The notes below the pieces were generated by a model. The model was given only the letters and a program-made list of their open reading frames with translations. It searched no databases and was not told where the DNA came from. The translations under genes were made by a program, and so were the position numbers. A DNA stretch of 64,000 bases from an uncultured Flavobacteriales bacterium. GTDB lineage: Bacteria > Bacteroidota > Bacteroidia > Flavobacteriales_D > Parvicellaceae. Each line of letters starts with the position of its first letter. The first letter of the stretch is position 1. Of the stretch, positions 29,951 to 39,250 are shown piece by piece. The DNA lies in assembly GCA_913030835.1 (NCBI GenBank), contig CAJWDP010000012.1:718-64717 (forward strand), read 5' to 3'.

Positions 29951-31258
29951 TTACTTCTTTCTAAAGAAAATTCTAATCGGCACACCGGTAAAATTAAACT
30001 CCTCTCGAAACCGATTTTCTAAAAACCTTTTGTAAGAATCTCTAACATATTGCGGCAAATTGCAGAAAAGAGCAAAAGCTGGAGCATGTGTTGGTAGCTG
30101 AGTAATGTATTTGATCTTGATGAACTTCCCTTTTACAGAAGGTGGAGGATTTTGTTCCATGATGGTTTGAAGCAGTTCATTGAGCTTTGATGTTGCAATT
30201 CGCTGCGTGCGATTATGATACACCTCAATTGCTTTCTCAAGTGCTTTATGTATCCGTTGCTTTTGAATTGCCGAAGTAAATACGATTGGCACATCCGAAA
30301 ATGGCGAAAGCTGCTCACGGATCTTGTTTTCGAAATCCCTAACGGAATTGGTCTCTTTATCGATCAAGTCCCATTTGTTAACCAATACAACAACACCTTT
30401 CCTATTTTTTTCGATTACGTAAAAAATATTCAGATCCTGCTTCTGGATTCCTTCAGTGGCATCAATCATAAAAATGCAAACATCTGAGTTTTCTATGGTT
30501 CGAATCGAACGCAATACGGAGTAGAACTCAATGTCCTCATCGATCTTCGCTTTTTTTCGTATACCTGCCGTATCCACCAGATTAAAGTCGAAACCGTAGG
30601 ATTTATATCTGGTATGAATGGAATCTCGCGTAGTCCCTGAAATGGGCGTCACAATGTTCCTGTCCTCCCCCAACAATGCATTGCACAGGGAAGATTTACC
30701 AACATTCGGCTTACCCACAATCGCAATGTTGGGTATTTCAGATGTATCTTCTATGTCAAGCTCAGGATTGAATGCCTCGACTAGCTTATCCAATAGCTCT
30801 CCGGTTCCAGATCCGTTGATTGCAGAAACAGAATACACCTCACCCAATCCAAACGTGTAGAATTCAGTTGCGTCTACCAACCGATCCGCGTTGTCCACTT
30901 TATTGGAACAAAGTAGAACGGGTTTATCCGTTTTCCGTAGCATCTTGGCCACAGATTCATCCAGGTCAGTAATTCCCGTAGTAACGTCTACCACAAAAAT
31001 AATTGCTGAAGCTTCATCCATCGCGAGCACCACCTGCTTTCGGATTTCCTCTTCAAAAATGTCATCTGAACCAGTGACATATCCACCCGTATCAATCACA
31101 GAAAATTCTACACCGTTCCATTCGGAAATTCCATAATGTCGATCACGGGTAACACCACTTGTTTCCTCTACTATGGCCGCTCTTGATTCCGTTAGTCGAT
31201 TGAATAATGTAGACTTACCCACATTCGGCCGACCCACTATGGCTACGATGTTTCTCAT
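29951..31258 (-). CDS. der: Ribosome biogenesis GTPase Der (EngA)
   Basis: It has two tandem GTPase domains (GRPNVGKST and GKPNVGKSS, each with NKxD) and a KH-like C-terminus. Confidence 0.95.
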   Translation of the reverse strand: MRNIVAIVGRPNVGKSTLFNRLTESRAAIVEETSGVTRDRHYGISEWNGVEFSVIDTGGYVTGSDDIFEEEIRKQVVLAMDEASAIIFVVDVTTGITDLDESVAKMLRKTDKPVLLCSNKVDNADRLVDATEFYTFGLGEVYSVSAINGSGTGELLDKLVEAFNPELDIEDTSEIPNIAIVGKPNVGKSSLCNALLGEDRNIVTPISGTTRDSIHTRYKSYGFDFNLVDTAGIRKKAKIDEDIEFYSVLRSIRTIENSDVCIFMIDATEGIQKQDLNIFYVIEKNRKGVVVLVNKWDLIDKETNSVRDFENKIREQLSPFSDVPIVFTSAIQKQRIHKALEKAIEVYHNRTQRIATSKLNELLQTIMEQNPPPSVKGKFIKIKYITQLPTHAPAFALFCNLPQYVRDSYKRFLENRFREEFNFTGVPIRIFFRKK

Positions 31259-31265
31259 TTGCGAG

Positions 31266-31273
31266 CAAAGGTA
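31266..31273 (-). promoter_or_regulatory. Candidate -7 box (TACCTTTG on the minus strand) 7 nt upstream of the der ATG
   Basis: The plus strand reads CAAAGGTA at 31266-31273. The minus strand reads TACCTTTG-CTCGCAA-ATG. Confidence 0.3.
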
Positions 31274-31402
31274 GTTAAATCGATAAAGTCTGTTCTGTTG
31301 GATTTAACATCTTTTTACATACACCTTAACATTTGTTGCATGCATTTTTCAAACCCAGATCATGTTAACCCGTAGATTGCACTAACATTTAACCATTTTA
31401 CC

Positions 31403-31942
31403 ATGAAAACATCAAAAATTATTGTTTATTCTTCTCTCGTTCTATTTGCAACCTCCTTCTTTTTACCCTCTTATCTGATTTCCATTTTTGGCGAACATAC
31501 GCCAGTAATGGGCTGGCAATGTTTTGTGTATAGCCTTCCCGGTATTACAGACGCATTTGATTCAGGCGCAGGTTTTAATTTTGAATTGTTTCTCTCATCT
31601 GTTTTTGCCATTTTCAGTCACATTTGCTTGATATTCGTAACAGTGGCTTTCCTGCGAGGGTCTAACAAGAAAAACAGACTTTTGATTGTTGGATCATTGG
31701 GCTTTTTATCAACCATGTGGTGGTTAGGTCATGAAGTTTTTATTGGTGGATTCAGCAATCTGCTGATCGGATATTACATCTGGGCATTAAGTTTCGCCGG
31801 AATTATCTTTGGAACCGTCAAACAAGCTAGTTTATACAGTAGAACAGGAAAAAGAAATTCAACAAACGAACCGAAGCAGGATAACGATACGATCACAAGT
31901 GCTTACAGTCGATCTATGGCCCCGGTCAAAGTGCGTTCCTAA
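31403..31942 (+). CDS. Hypothetical integral membrane protein
   Basis: The 179-aa protein has 4-5 predicted TM segments and belongs to no family I recognise. Confidence 0.5.
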   Translation: MKTSKIIVYSSLVLFATSFFLPSYLISIFGEHTPVMGWQCFVYSLPGITDAFDSGAGFNFELFLSSVFAIFSHICLIFVTVAFLRGSNKKNRLLIVGSLGFLSTMWWLGHEVFIGGFSNLLIGYYIWALSFAGIIFGTVKQASLYSRTGKRNSTNEPKQDNDTITSAYSRSMAPVKVRS

Positions 31943-32823
31943 TATCCGTAATTGTCCAAGGATCTATCTTGATTTCTCCAATCCTTTTCCACCTTGACGC
32001 GTAAATCCAGGTGAACCTTTTTGTCGACAAAGCGCTGTATGTCTTTCCGGGCGGAAATGCCAACATGCTTGATCTTTTTACCTTGATGGCCAATGACAAT
32101 TCCTTTCTGTGACTCACGAATAACGAGGATATTGGCTTCAATTTTAACGATGGTTTCCTCCTCTTTATACGATTGAACCTCTACCTCACAGCTGTATGGA
32201 AGCTCTTTATCGTATGTTTCAAAGATCTTTTCTCTGATAATCTCCGAAACAAAGAAGCGCATAGGCCTGTCAGTAAGCTCATCCTTTGGAAAATAAGGCG
32301 GTGACTCGGGCAAAAAGTCCTTCACCTTGTTGATGATGTACTCCAAATTCATTTTGTGCAGCGCTGAAATGGGTAATATTTCAGCCCTGGGTATTTTTTG
32401 TGACCAGTATTCAACGCGTTTTACCAGTTTTTCCTGATCGATCAAGTCGATCTTATTGATGAGCAACAGCACCGGTGAATCAGAGCTTTCAATTTTTCTC
32501 AACGTATCCACATGGTTCATCTCATCTTCAAACGGATCAGTAACAAATAGCAGTACGTCACCATCCGAAATAGCCGTATTCACGTATTTCATCATACGCT
32601 CATGCAATTTATACCCTGCATTTACTACACCCGGAGTATCAGAATATACGATCTGAAAATCGTCTCCATTTACGATCCCCATGATGCGATGGCGCGTAGT
32701 TTGTTTTTTGGATGTAATGATGCTCAAGCGTTCACCCACAAGACCATTCATCAAGGTGGACTTTCCCACGTTCGGACTGCCCAGTATATTCACGAAACCT
32801 GCCTTATGCACCATTTTTACCAA
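31939..32823 (-). CDS. era: GTPase Era
   Basis: It has GSPNVGKST, DTPG, NKID and a C-terminal KH domain (VIGHQGKKIKHVG). Confidence 0.95.
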   Translation of the reverse strand: MVKMVHKAGFVNILGSPNVGKSTLMNGLVGERLSIITSKKQTTRHRIMGIVNGDDFQIVYSDTPGVVNAGYKLHERMMKYVNTAISDGDVLLFVTDPFEDEMNHVDTLRKIESSDSPVLLLINKIDLIDQEKLVKRVEYWSQKIPRAEILPISALHKMNLEYIINKVKDFLPESPPYFPKDELTDRPMRFFVSEIIREKIFETYDKELPYSCEVEVQSYKEEETIVKIEANILVIRESQKGIVIGHQGKKIKHVGISARKDIQRFVDKKVHLDLRVKVEKDWRNQDRSLDNYGY

Positions 32824-32829
32824 TTTTTC

Positions 32830-32860
32830 TTGCAGTGCAAAGGAACAAATTATATCTTTG
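32830..32860 (+). promoter_or_regulatory. Candidate promoter for tRNA-fMet (TTG-N20-TATCTTTG)
   Basis: TTG lies at 32830-32832 and TAtcTTTG at 32853-32860. The motif ends 13 nt before the tRNA 5' end. Confidence 0.5.
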
Positions 32861-32873
32861 GCGTCCTAAACAT

Positions 32874-32946
<73 letters not shown>

Positions 32947-32953
32947 CAAAGAG

Positions 32954-32981
32954 AGCCTCATGCAATGCATGGGGCTTTTTT
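32954..32981 (+). terminator. Rho-independent terminator after tRNA-fMet
   Basis: The stem AGCCTCATGC/GCATGGGGCT is followed by a T6 run. Confidence 0.7.
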
Positions 32982-33172
32982 ACGCATGAATATTAGTTGA
33001 TCTTTCCATCGAAATTTCAACTTTATATTTTTTTGATCCGCTGACCGTAATTTTCATAGCTTTCCAATAGTAGGATATATGTGGTTTTTCAGAATCATAA
33101 CTGTCGTATACTTTCGTACCACGTTTGATAAGCGTACAATTACTCACTCTAAGCGAGTAGTAGGTAGGGTGT

Positions 33173-33208
33173 AAGCCGGTTCTGGAGAGGACCGGCTTCT
33201 TTTTTTTT
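33173..33208 (+). terminator. Strong rho-independent terminator with no annotated gene upstream
   Basis: An 11-bp stem pairs AAGCCGGTTCT with AGAGGACCGGCTT (GGAG loop) and is followed by TTCT then T8. It lies 24 nt upstream of the next ATG. Confidence 0.75.
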
Positions 33209-33231
33209 CAATTTATTGTTACTATTGCATC

Positions 33232-33663
33232 ATGTTCAGAAAAACCTGTTTTTTCGCGATTGTCTTACTAGCAGCCTGTCAGCACTCTGATGAGGAGGAA
33301 AAGACTTCCTCTGAAGACGTAAAGGAACCGAGTATCTGCAATTGTGATGATCTTATTTTAGACACTGGCTTCAATTGGTTTTACTTGAACGATCGACTTA
33401 CACCATTTAACGGAACATGCACAAAAGAAGTCAATGGGGTTAAATTACTGGAAAGAGAGTATTCCAATGGGAAAGTCAATGGACAAGTAAAGGAATGGCA
33501 CCAAAATGGCCAACTGAAGTTGTCTATGGAGTTTGACAACAACTTGCAGGTAGGTAACATGAAAGAATGGGACGAAGAGGGCATACTAGAATACCATGGT
33601 ATTTATTCCTATGGGAAAATGGATTCTTTGGTCTACAAAAGGCAACATCTCGTTACTGAATAG
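33232..33663 (+). CDS. Lipoprotein with MORN-variant/YwqK-like repeats
   Basis: The lipobox is LLAAC. Repeats of the type NGKVNGQVKEWHQNGQLKLSMEFDNNLQVGNMKEWDEEG are present. Confidence 0.6.
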   Translation: MFRKTCFFAIVLLAACQHSDEEEKTSSEDVKEPSICNCDDLILDTGFNWFYLNDRLTPFNGTCTKEVNGVKLLEREYSNGKVNGQVKEWHQNGQLKLSMEFDNNLQVGNMKEWDEEGILEYHGIYSYGKMDSLVYKRQHLVTE

Positions 33664-35584
33664 CGTCCATAGCGTCACTTGCCGTTTCCCAATCCTGATA
33701 ACACTGATCCAATTTTTTCTTTATTGAATTGTACTCTCCTAGGGTTTGCTCAGTTGTTTCTTTATCCGAATAATCCAGGTTCATGATTTCCTGGTCCAAC
33801 TTTTTCAACTTCGATTCAAGTTCAGCAATTTCCCCTTCCAAACGAGCAATTCTACTCTTTAATTTTCGCTCGTTTTTCTCTCTATCTTTACGGTTTACGT
33901 AATCATTTTTCTTTTTTGAATTTTTTTCAGTCGATCTTTTCTTGTTAGGATTACTATTATGTTCAAGATCAACAATACTATCCTTTTTTCGATAGTCTAA
34001 AAATTCTTTGATTCCAAAGTGATGAATACTGATCTGCTCGTTTCTGATCTCATAGATTCTATTCGTTAACCCATTAAGAAAATCTCTATCATGGGATACG
34101 ATCAGTAAGGTACCATCATATTCCATAAGCGCTTGCTTCAGAATCTCTTTCGATTTAATATCTAAATGATTCGTAGGCTCATCCAGCAAAAGCAAATTGT
34201 ATGGTTCCAGCAACAGCTTGCATAAGGATAAACGAGTTTTCTCTCCACCGGAGAGCACCGCTACCTTCTTGTCCACATCGTCTCCACCAAAAAGGAATCC
34301 TCCCAATATATTTCTGACCTTTTTACGAATCTCGCCTACAGCAATATCATCAATGGTCTCAAACACGGTTTTGTTCGCATCTAAATTCTCCGCCTCGTCC
34401 TGTGCGAAATAACCCAGATTAACGTTATGACCCAGCTCGATTTTGCCATCATACTCCGTATCCCCAACGATCATTTTGATCAGTGTTGACTTTCCTAATC
34501 CATTCTTCCCGATCAAGGCCACCTTTTCTCCTCTGCCAATGGAAAATCCTGCTTTGGAAAAAATGGAGCGCTGGTATTTCTTGGTGACATCGACTGCATT
34601 GATGGTAATTTTTCCCGATCTCGGTGCAGACGGAAAGGCGATATTTAATCCTGCAACTTCATCGGATTCCACCTCGATCTTTTCAAGACGATCCAGCTTT
34701 TTGATCAACGATTGAGCAAAAGCAGCTTTATTCTTCTTTGCCCTGAATTTATTGATCAGCTGCTCTGTTTGTTGTACATACTTTTCCTGATTCTTTGCTG
34801 CATCTGTTTGCTGCTGAATTTCCAATTCACGATGCAATTTGTACTTGGTATAGGGCAATGGGTAGTCCCTCAATTTTCCATTAATGATCTCAACCGTTCT
34901 ATTGGTTATATTATCCAAGAACAAGCGATCGTGTGAAATCAACAAGAGGGCACTGTTGCTTTTTTTCAAAAATTCTTCGAGCCACTGGATCGACTCAATA
35001 TCCAAGTGGTTTGTGGGTTCGTCCAATAACAGCACATCGGGATTTAGCAGTAATATCTTCGCCAATTCAACACGCATTTTCCAACCTCCGCTGAATTCAC
35101 CCAAGTTTCTATTTAGATCATTGGGTTTAAAACCCAATCCAAATAGTATTTTCTCTGATTTTTCAGCCTGAACGAATCCACCGATCAATTGATATCGTTC
35201 ATTCTTTTCATTCAGGTCTTCAATCAGTTTCAAATAAGAATCAGATTCATAATCTGTTCGTTCAAGTAGATCATCATTAATTCGTTGGATCTGTTTGTCC
35301 AATTCAACAACCTCTTTGTTCGCTGATTGAGTTTCTTGAAGAACAGTTACGTCCTCATTGTGTTTCATTTCTTGCGGAAGATATCCGAAGGAAATGTTTT
35401 TCTGAATGTTTACTGTGCCTTTGTCCGGGGTGTATTGTCCATTAATCAATTTGAGCAATGTAGATTTACCGGCACCATTCTTACCTACCAATCCAATCTT
35501 ATCTTGCTTTTTAACCTGAATCGAAACACCATCAAAAATGGGCCGATCACCGAAATACAAATCCAATTCAGACAGCGCTACCAT
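33653..35584 (-). CDS. ABC-F family ATPase (two ABC domains, C-terminal coiled coil, no TM domain)
   Basis: Walker A motifs GKNGAGKST and GKNGLGKST and signatures FSGGWKMR and LSGGEKTR are present, with an inter-domain linker. The protein is 643 aa. Confidence 0.9.
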   Translation of the reverse strand: MVALSELDLYFGDRPIFDGVSIQVKKQDKIGLVGKNGAGKSTLLKLINGQYTPDKGTVNIQKNISFGYLPQEMKHNEDVTVLQETQSANKEVVELDKQIQRINDDLLERTDYESDSYLKLIEDLNEKNERYQLIGGFVQAEKSEKILFGLGFKPNDLNRNLGEFSGGWKMRVELAKILLLNPDVLLLDEPTNHLDIESIQWLEEFLKKSNSALLLISHDRLFLDNITNRTVEIINGKLRDYPLPYTKYKLHRELEIQQQTDAAKNQEKYVQQTEQLINKFRAKKNKAAFAQSLIKKLDRLEKIEVESDEVAGLNIAFPSAPRSGKITINAVDVTKKYQRSIFSKAGFSIGRGEKVALIGKNGLGKSTLIKMIVGDTEYDGKIELGHNVNLGYFAQDEAENLDANKTVFETIDDIAVGEIRKKVRNILGGFLFGGDDVDKKVAVLSGGEKTRLSLCKLLLEPYNLLLLDEPTNHLDIKSKEILKQALMEYDGTLLIVSHDRDFLNGLTNRIYEIRNEQISIHHFGIKEFLDYRKKDSIVDLEHNSNPNKKRSTEKNSKKKNDYVNRKDREKNERKLKSRIARLEGEIAELESKLKKLDQEIMNLDYSDKETTEQTLGEYNSIKKKLDQCYQDWETASDAMDAIQ

Positions 35585-35602
35585 TCTATTCAGTGTAAAT
35601 AA

Positions 35603-36130
35603 TTAAATACCCAATTCTTCTTTTAGCTTATTAGTCACATCCTCAGCATTCAAAATGGGAGGTATTTTGGTTTTACCCGAATCGTAAATATAGTCATAAC
35701 CATAGTCCTGAATGATTTTATCTTTTGCATTGGACATTTGTTCATACAGGTTCTTAAACAGAACTTCTCTTTTTGTTTTCGATTTTGATTTGGCCGTTCC
35801 TTTTAATTCAGTTATCATAGCCGTTAGCTCCTGATGCTCTTGTTTCAATTTCTGAATCTGATAAGAATTTTGAATGGTGTCCATTTGTTCACTTTTTGCT
35901 CGCAGCACATTGGACAAGGATTTTATTTCTTCTTCAAAGGAATGCACGTACTGGTTGTATTCTAAATTCAGTGAATCGTATTCTTTCATTTGCAGCAAGA
36001 TCTCATTAAAATTTGCATATCCGATCTTCTTATTGGTTTGCGCATTGAAACTCGAACAACAAACAAAGATTGCAACAAAAATAAGTTGCCACCTATGTCC
36101 AATCCACCGATTTATAAGTATTGAAATCAT
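35603..36130 (-). CDS. OmpH/Skp-like periplasmic chaperone
   Basis: A signal peptide is followed by a helical K/E/Q-rich region (IGYANFNEILLQMKEYDSLNLEYNQY...). The likely start is the ATG at 36130; the track ORF begins at a TTG at 36148. Confidence 0.5.
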   Translation of the reverse strand: MISILINRWIGHRWQLIFVAIFVCCSSFNAQTNKKIGYANFNEILLQMKEYDSLNLEYNQYVHSFEEEIKSLSNVLRAKSEQMDTIQNSYQIQKLKQEHQELTAMITELKGTAKSKSKTKREVLFKNLYEQMSNAKDKIIQDYGYDYIYDSGKTKIPPILNAEDVTNKLKEELGI

Positions 36131-36152
36131 TCTACTTTCTGGGTACAAAAAT

Positions 36153-36182
36153 AAAGCCCAGAATTGTTTGATTCCGGGCTTT
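36153..36182 (-). terminator. Hairpin, a possible (partial) terminator between gldN and the OmpH-like gene
   Basis: An 11-bp stem with one mismatch pairs AAAGCCCAGAA with TTCCGGGCTTT. On the minus strand it is followed by ATTTTTGT. Confidence 0.35.
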
Positions 36183-36205
36183 ACATTCCAATAATTTAAA
36201 CTCTT

Positions 36206-37174
36206 TTACAAATGCCAGAGGTCGTGCTCGATTGTGAACAGTTCCTTCTTAATCTTTTCAGATTCAAGCAAAGCATCTACACCTTCCCAAGTTGCACTGA
36301 CTTTCCTGTCAAATACATTCGATTCCTTGTGAATGTAGCTAGAATAATCGTGTTTCCAGAACAAGTCATCAAATGACATTCGTCTTGCATCATTGTGCGT
36401 ATTGTAAACGAAGAAGTTCTGGAAAACATACCGACATTCAGGGAAATACAACCAAAAACAGGTTTTAAAACCCTTAACATCTCCATTTTCATCTTTACTG
36501 TAGATTACCGGAGCAATGCCAATAATTCTTCTTTCCTGCACCCCTCTTTGTTTATCAAAAAACCAATCCTCTTTTATGACGTATTTTACAATTTGCTCTG
36601 CCATAATAGGAGTATAAATCGTGGTATCAATAGTGTTCCCCATTTCATCATAAATTGGTTCTCCCTCGTCGTCAAGTTTTGCCTCCGTTGAAACATCATA
36701 GAAAAGCTCCTGTATTTTTTGTTTGTACGCAGGATCATCTACATTACCGTTCGCCGGCGTAATCGGAATATCGAATTGATCATTTGGATCACCAGCTTCA
36801 TCCGTGGCCTCGTATGGTGTTAAACTTCTTTCTTCAGTAATACCATATTTAATGACATCCCATAAGGATCTTCGATCAGAAATTGGCACTGTTGGATACA
36901 TCAACGGGTGATTCTTTTTTTCACGAAGGTCAATCGTTCTCCAAACTCTTTTGGCCCAAATGATATCTGCCTCTCGCAGGTGTGTGTATTGAATAACTCT
37001 TTTTGTTGGAATGTGCTCTTTCACATATACTCCATCCAATACGCCTGAAGTTGACATACCCGAACTAGGTAATTGTGCACTAACACTGCCAACCACTGAG
37101 ATTAGCATTACTAACGTTACTATTTTATTCACTTTCATATCTACGAGGTTTAAATTAACATTTAACACCTGCAA
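36206..37174 (-). CDS. gldN: Gliding motility/T9SS protein GldN (PorN)
   Basis: The gene order gldK-L-M-N, the signal peptide, the size (322 aa) and the conserved C-terminal region (...RRMSFDDLFWKHDYSSYIHKESNVFDR...) support the call. Confidence 0.85.
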   Translation of the reverse strand: MQVLNVNLNLVDMKVNKIVTLVMLISVVGSVSAQLPSSGMSTSGVLDGVYVKEHIPTKRVIQYTHLREADIIWAKRVWRTIDLREKKNHPLMYPTVPISDRRSLWDVIKYGITEERSLTPYEATDEAGDPNDQFDIPITPANGNVDDPAYKQKIQELFYDVSTEAKLDDEGEPIYDEMGNTIDTTIYTPIMAEQIVKYVIKEDWFFDKQRGVQERRIIGIAPVIYSKDENGDVKGFKTCFWLYFPECRYVFQNFFVYNTHNDARRMSFDDLFWKHDYSSYIHKESNVFDRKVSATWEGVDALLESEKIKKELFTIEHDLWHL

Positions 37175-37183
37175 GGTTGTTGG

Positions 37184-39184
37184 TTATATGACCTTTAAGA
37201 TCATAGAAGGTATCTTTTTTGGACTTCCTTTTGGTCCTTTTGCATATACATTTTCTATATATATCTTCTGACCCTTCTTTAATCCTTTAATAAATCCTAA
37301 AGCTTTACCGGAGAGACGTTCGCCATTACACTTCGCTTCCGCAACTTCACCATTTTTTACGACACTTACGGTGAATTTCGTAATGGTAAATTTGATATTC
37401 AAAGGAGACCCTTTAAGCTCTGCTAATAACTTTTTAGCTTGTTTGATCTTACCAATCTTCACCGTACTTGCCTCCACTCCGACACCAACAATTTTTGGCG
37501 TAGGATCTGGTAATCTTTTAATTCTAAATACCTGCTGGGCAATTTGTGTTTTGCTGCCATCGGATCCAATTCCTTGAACCGTGATTGTAGCCTCTTTACC
37601 CGACTTAACATTAGCAATATACTGGCCGTCGCCTTTTTTGGAGAATGATGAGCACCCACTACAACTAGCCTCCGTTGAAGGATATCCCGAACCAGAAGCC
37701 ATGATCTTATTGTCATACTGCATGTATAGCACGTTCATTTCCTCATTGGCAACCGTACCGGTAGGAGTTCCTACACTATAGTTGAATTTCCAAGGCTTCC
37801 ATTTCTTGATCCCTTTTTCTTTCACCGCTATTAAACCATACAATTTATGGTCACCAACTCCTCCACTTAGCCGAACTTCCTGGCCTGCTTTACCTTTGAA
37901 GTACTTCATTGTTTCTTTATTCTGCTGCGCATCTGGCAATCTATACTGAACGGTATCATCCTCCCAATATTTTAGTTCCATTGCTTCAGCAGAATCATAA
38001 GCTGCAATCATTACCTTCAGACCTAGCGAATCACCTTGGTTGATGTAGCTAGTTGATGAAAAAGCTAAAGGATCAATCTTGTTAAAGTTAAACGACTGCA
38101 CCTTTACTCTTGATTTGATGTGCGTAGATGCAATATTTTGTACTTGCAACACATCAGACCGCACTGAAGTCATTACTGCAGTAGCAGCAACGATTGGTGC
38201 ATGGTCAAACTGACCAAAAATCCATGGGTAAGGCAAACCGTGGTTCATTACCTTTTCCGGGATTGTCATTCTAACATATATTTCACCGATTACGTCCTTG
38301 TCTTCAGGATCAATTTTGTTGTCAGCAACCATTTGTGCTAGAGTAGAATCAACCTCATTCTTAAACGTTTCTCTATCTGATTCAGATATCAAAAACTCGG
38401 GATTTGAAAACAAAGCAGTATCAAATTTATACTGATATACCGTTCCGTTTTCCATCGTATCACTCGGGTGATCTGCAATTAATCCACACAACCTATTTCG
38501 GTAGTCTTTTATATTATCCATGAAATGCTGACCTTCCGGTGCAATGTGCTCAAAGTCCGGTCCAGCAAGAATTCTGGTTGGTGTATCGTAGTCGTCTTTT
38601 TTAGCATATCCACCCAAATCCTTTATGTGTATATAACCAGCATCATCTATATGGAACAGTGGGTTTTCATAAGGATCCTCGTGCCCTTCAGCATGCCCCT
38701 CATGTCCGTGTCCATCATCCAAAATTAAGCCCAACGAGGTTACCTTTTCCGCTAACTTTTTTGCTTTATCCTTTGCTGCAGCATCATCACCGATTACCGC
38801 CATATCAATCCCTTCTATCTCTTCGAAGGTTGTACTTGGATCTACGGCAGAAACCAACAACAATATGTTTCGTTTTACGATATCATTACAGATCTTACGC
38901 GTAAACTCAACTATACTATCATTTGTATTTTTGTGCATTTCTACACGCTTCACCTCAGAAGGCGGAGCACCCTGGGCTTTGAGCGATTGAAGTGCCTGTC
39001 CGAATTCCGATAACAATGTGTTGTTTGCGTTTTCAGTCTGCTCAATACTCGATTCCAATTTATTGTTCAGCGTTACAAAGGCATTGATAATTTCCTTTGA
39101 CACGTTCATTGCAAGCATGGCCATCAATACGAGGTACATCAGACCGATCATTTTTTGTCTTGGGGTTTCTTTTCCTCCTCCCAT
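37184..39184 (-). CDS. gldM: Gliding motility/T9SS protein GldM (PorM), enlarged form
   Basis: The N-terminus MGGGKETPRQKMIGLMYLVLMAMLAMNVSKEIINAF matches the invariant GldM start (GGKxTPRQKMINLMYLV). At 666 aa it is longer than the roughly 510 aa I recall for F. johnsoniae GldM. Confidence 0.9.
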   Translation of the reverse strand: MGGGKETPRQKMIGLMYLVLMAMLAMNVSKEIINAFVTLNNKLESSIEQTENANNTLLSEFGQALQSLKAQGAPPSEVKRVEMHKNTNDSIVEFTRKICNDIVKRNILLLVSAVDPSTTFEEIEGIDMAVIGDDAAAKDKAKKLAEKVTSLGLILDDGHGHEGHAEGHEDPYENPLFHIDDAGYIHIKDLGGYAKKDDYDTPTRILAGPDFEHIAPEGQHFMDNIKDYRNRLCGLIADHPSDTMENGTVYQYKFDTALFSNPEFLISESDRETFKNEVDSTLAQMVADNKIDPEDKDVIGEIYVRMTIPEKVMNHGLPYPWIFGQFDHAPIVAATAVMTSVRSDVLQVQNIASTHIKSRVKVQSFNFNKIDPLAFSSTSYINQGDSLGLKVMIAAYDSAEAMELKYWEDDTVQYRLPDAQQNKETMKYFKGKAGQEVRLSGGVGDHKLYGLIAVKEKGIKKWKPWKFNYSVGTPTGTVANEEMNVLYMQYDNKIMASGSGYPSTEASCSGCSSFSKKGDGQYIANVKSGKEATITVQGIGSDGSKTQIAQQVFRIKRLPDPTPKIVGVGVEASTVKIGKIKQAKKLLAELKGSPLNIKFTITKFTVSVVKNGEVAEAKCNGERLSGKALGFIKGLKKGQKIYIENVYAKGPKGSPKKIPSMILKVI

Positions 39185-39250
39185 CTTAGATCAATTTAAT
39201 TTGTTTACTACTGTTAATTAATTGAATTAGATACACCTAAAACTTAACGA

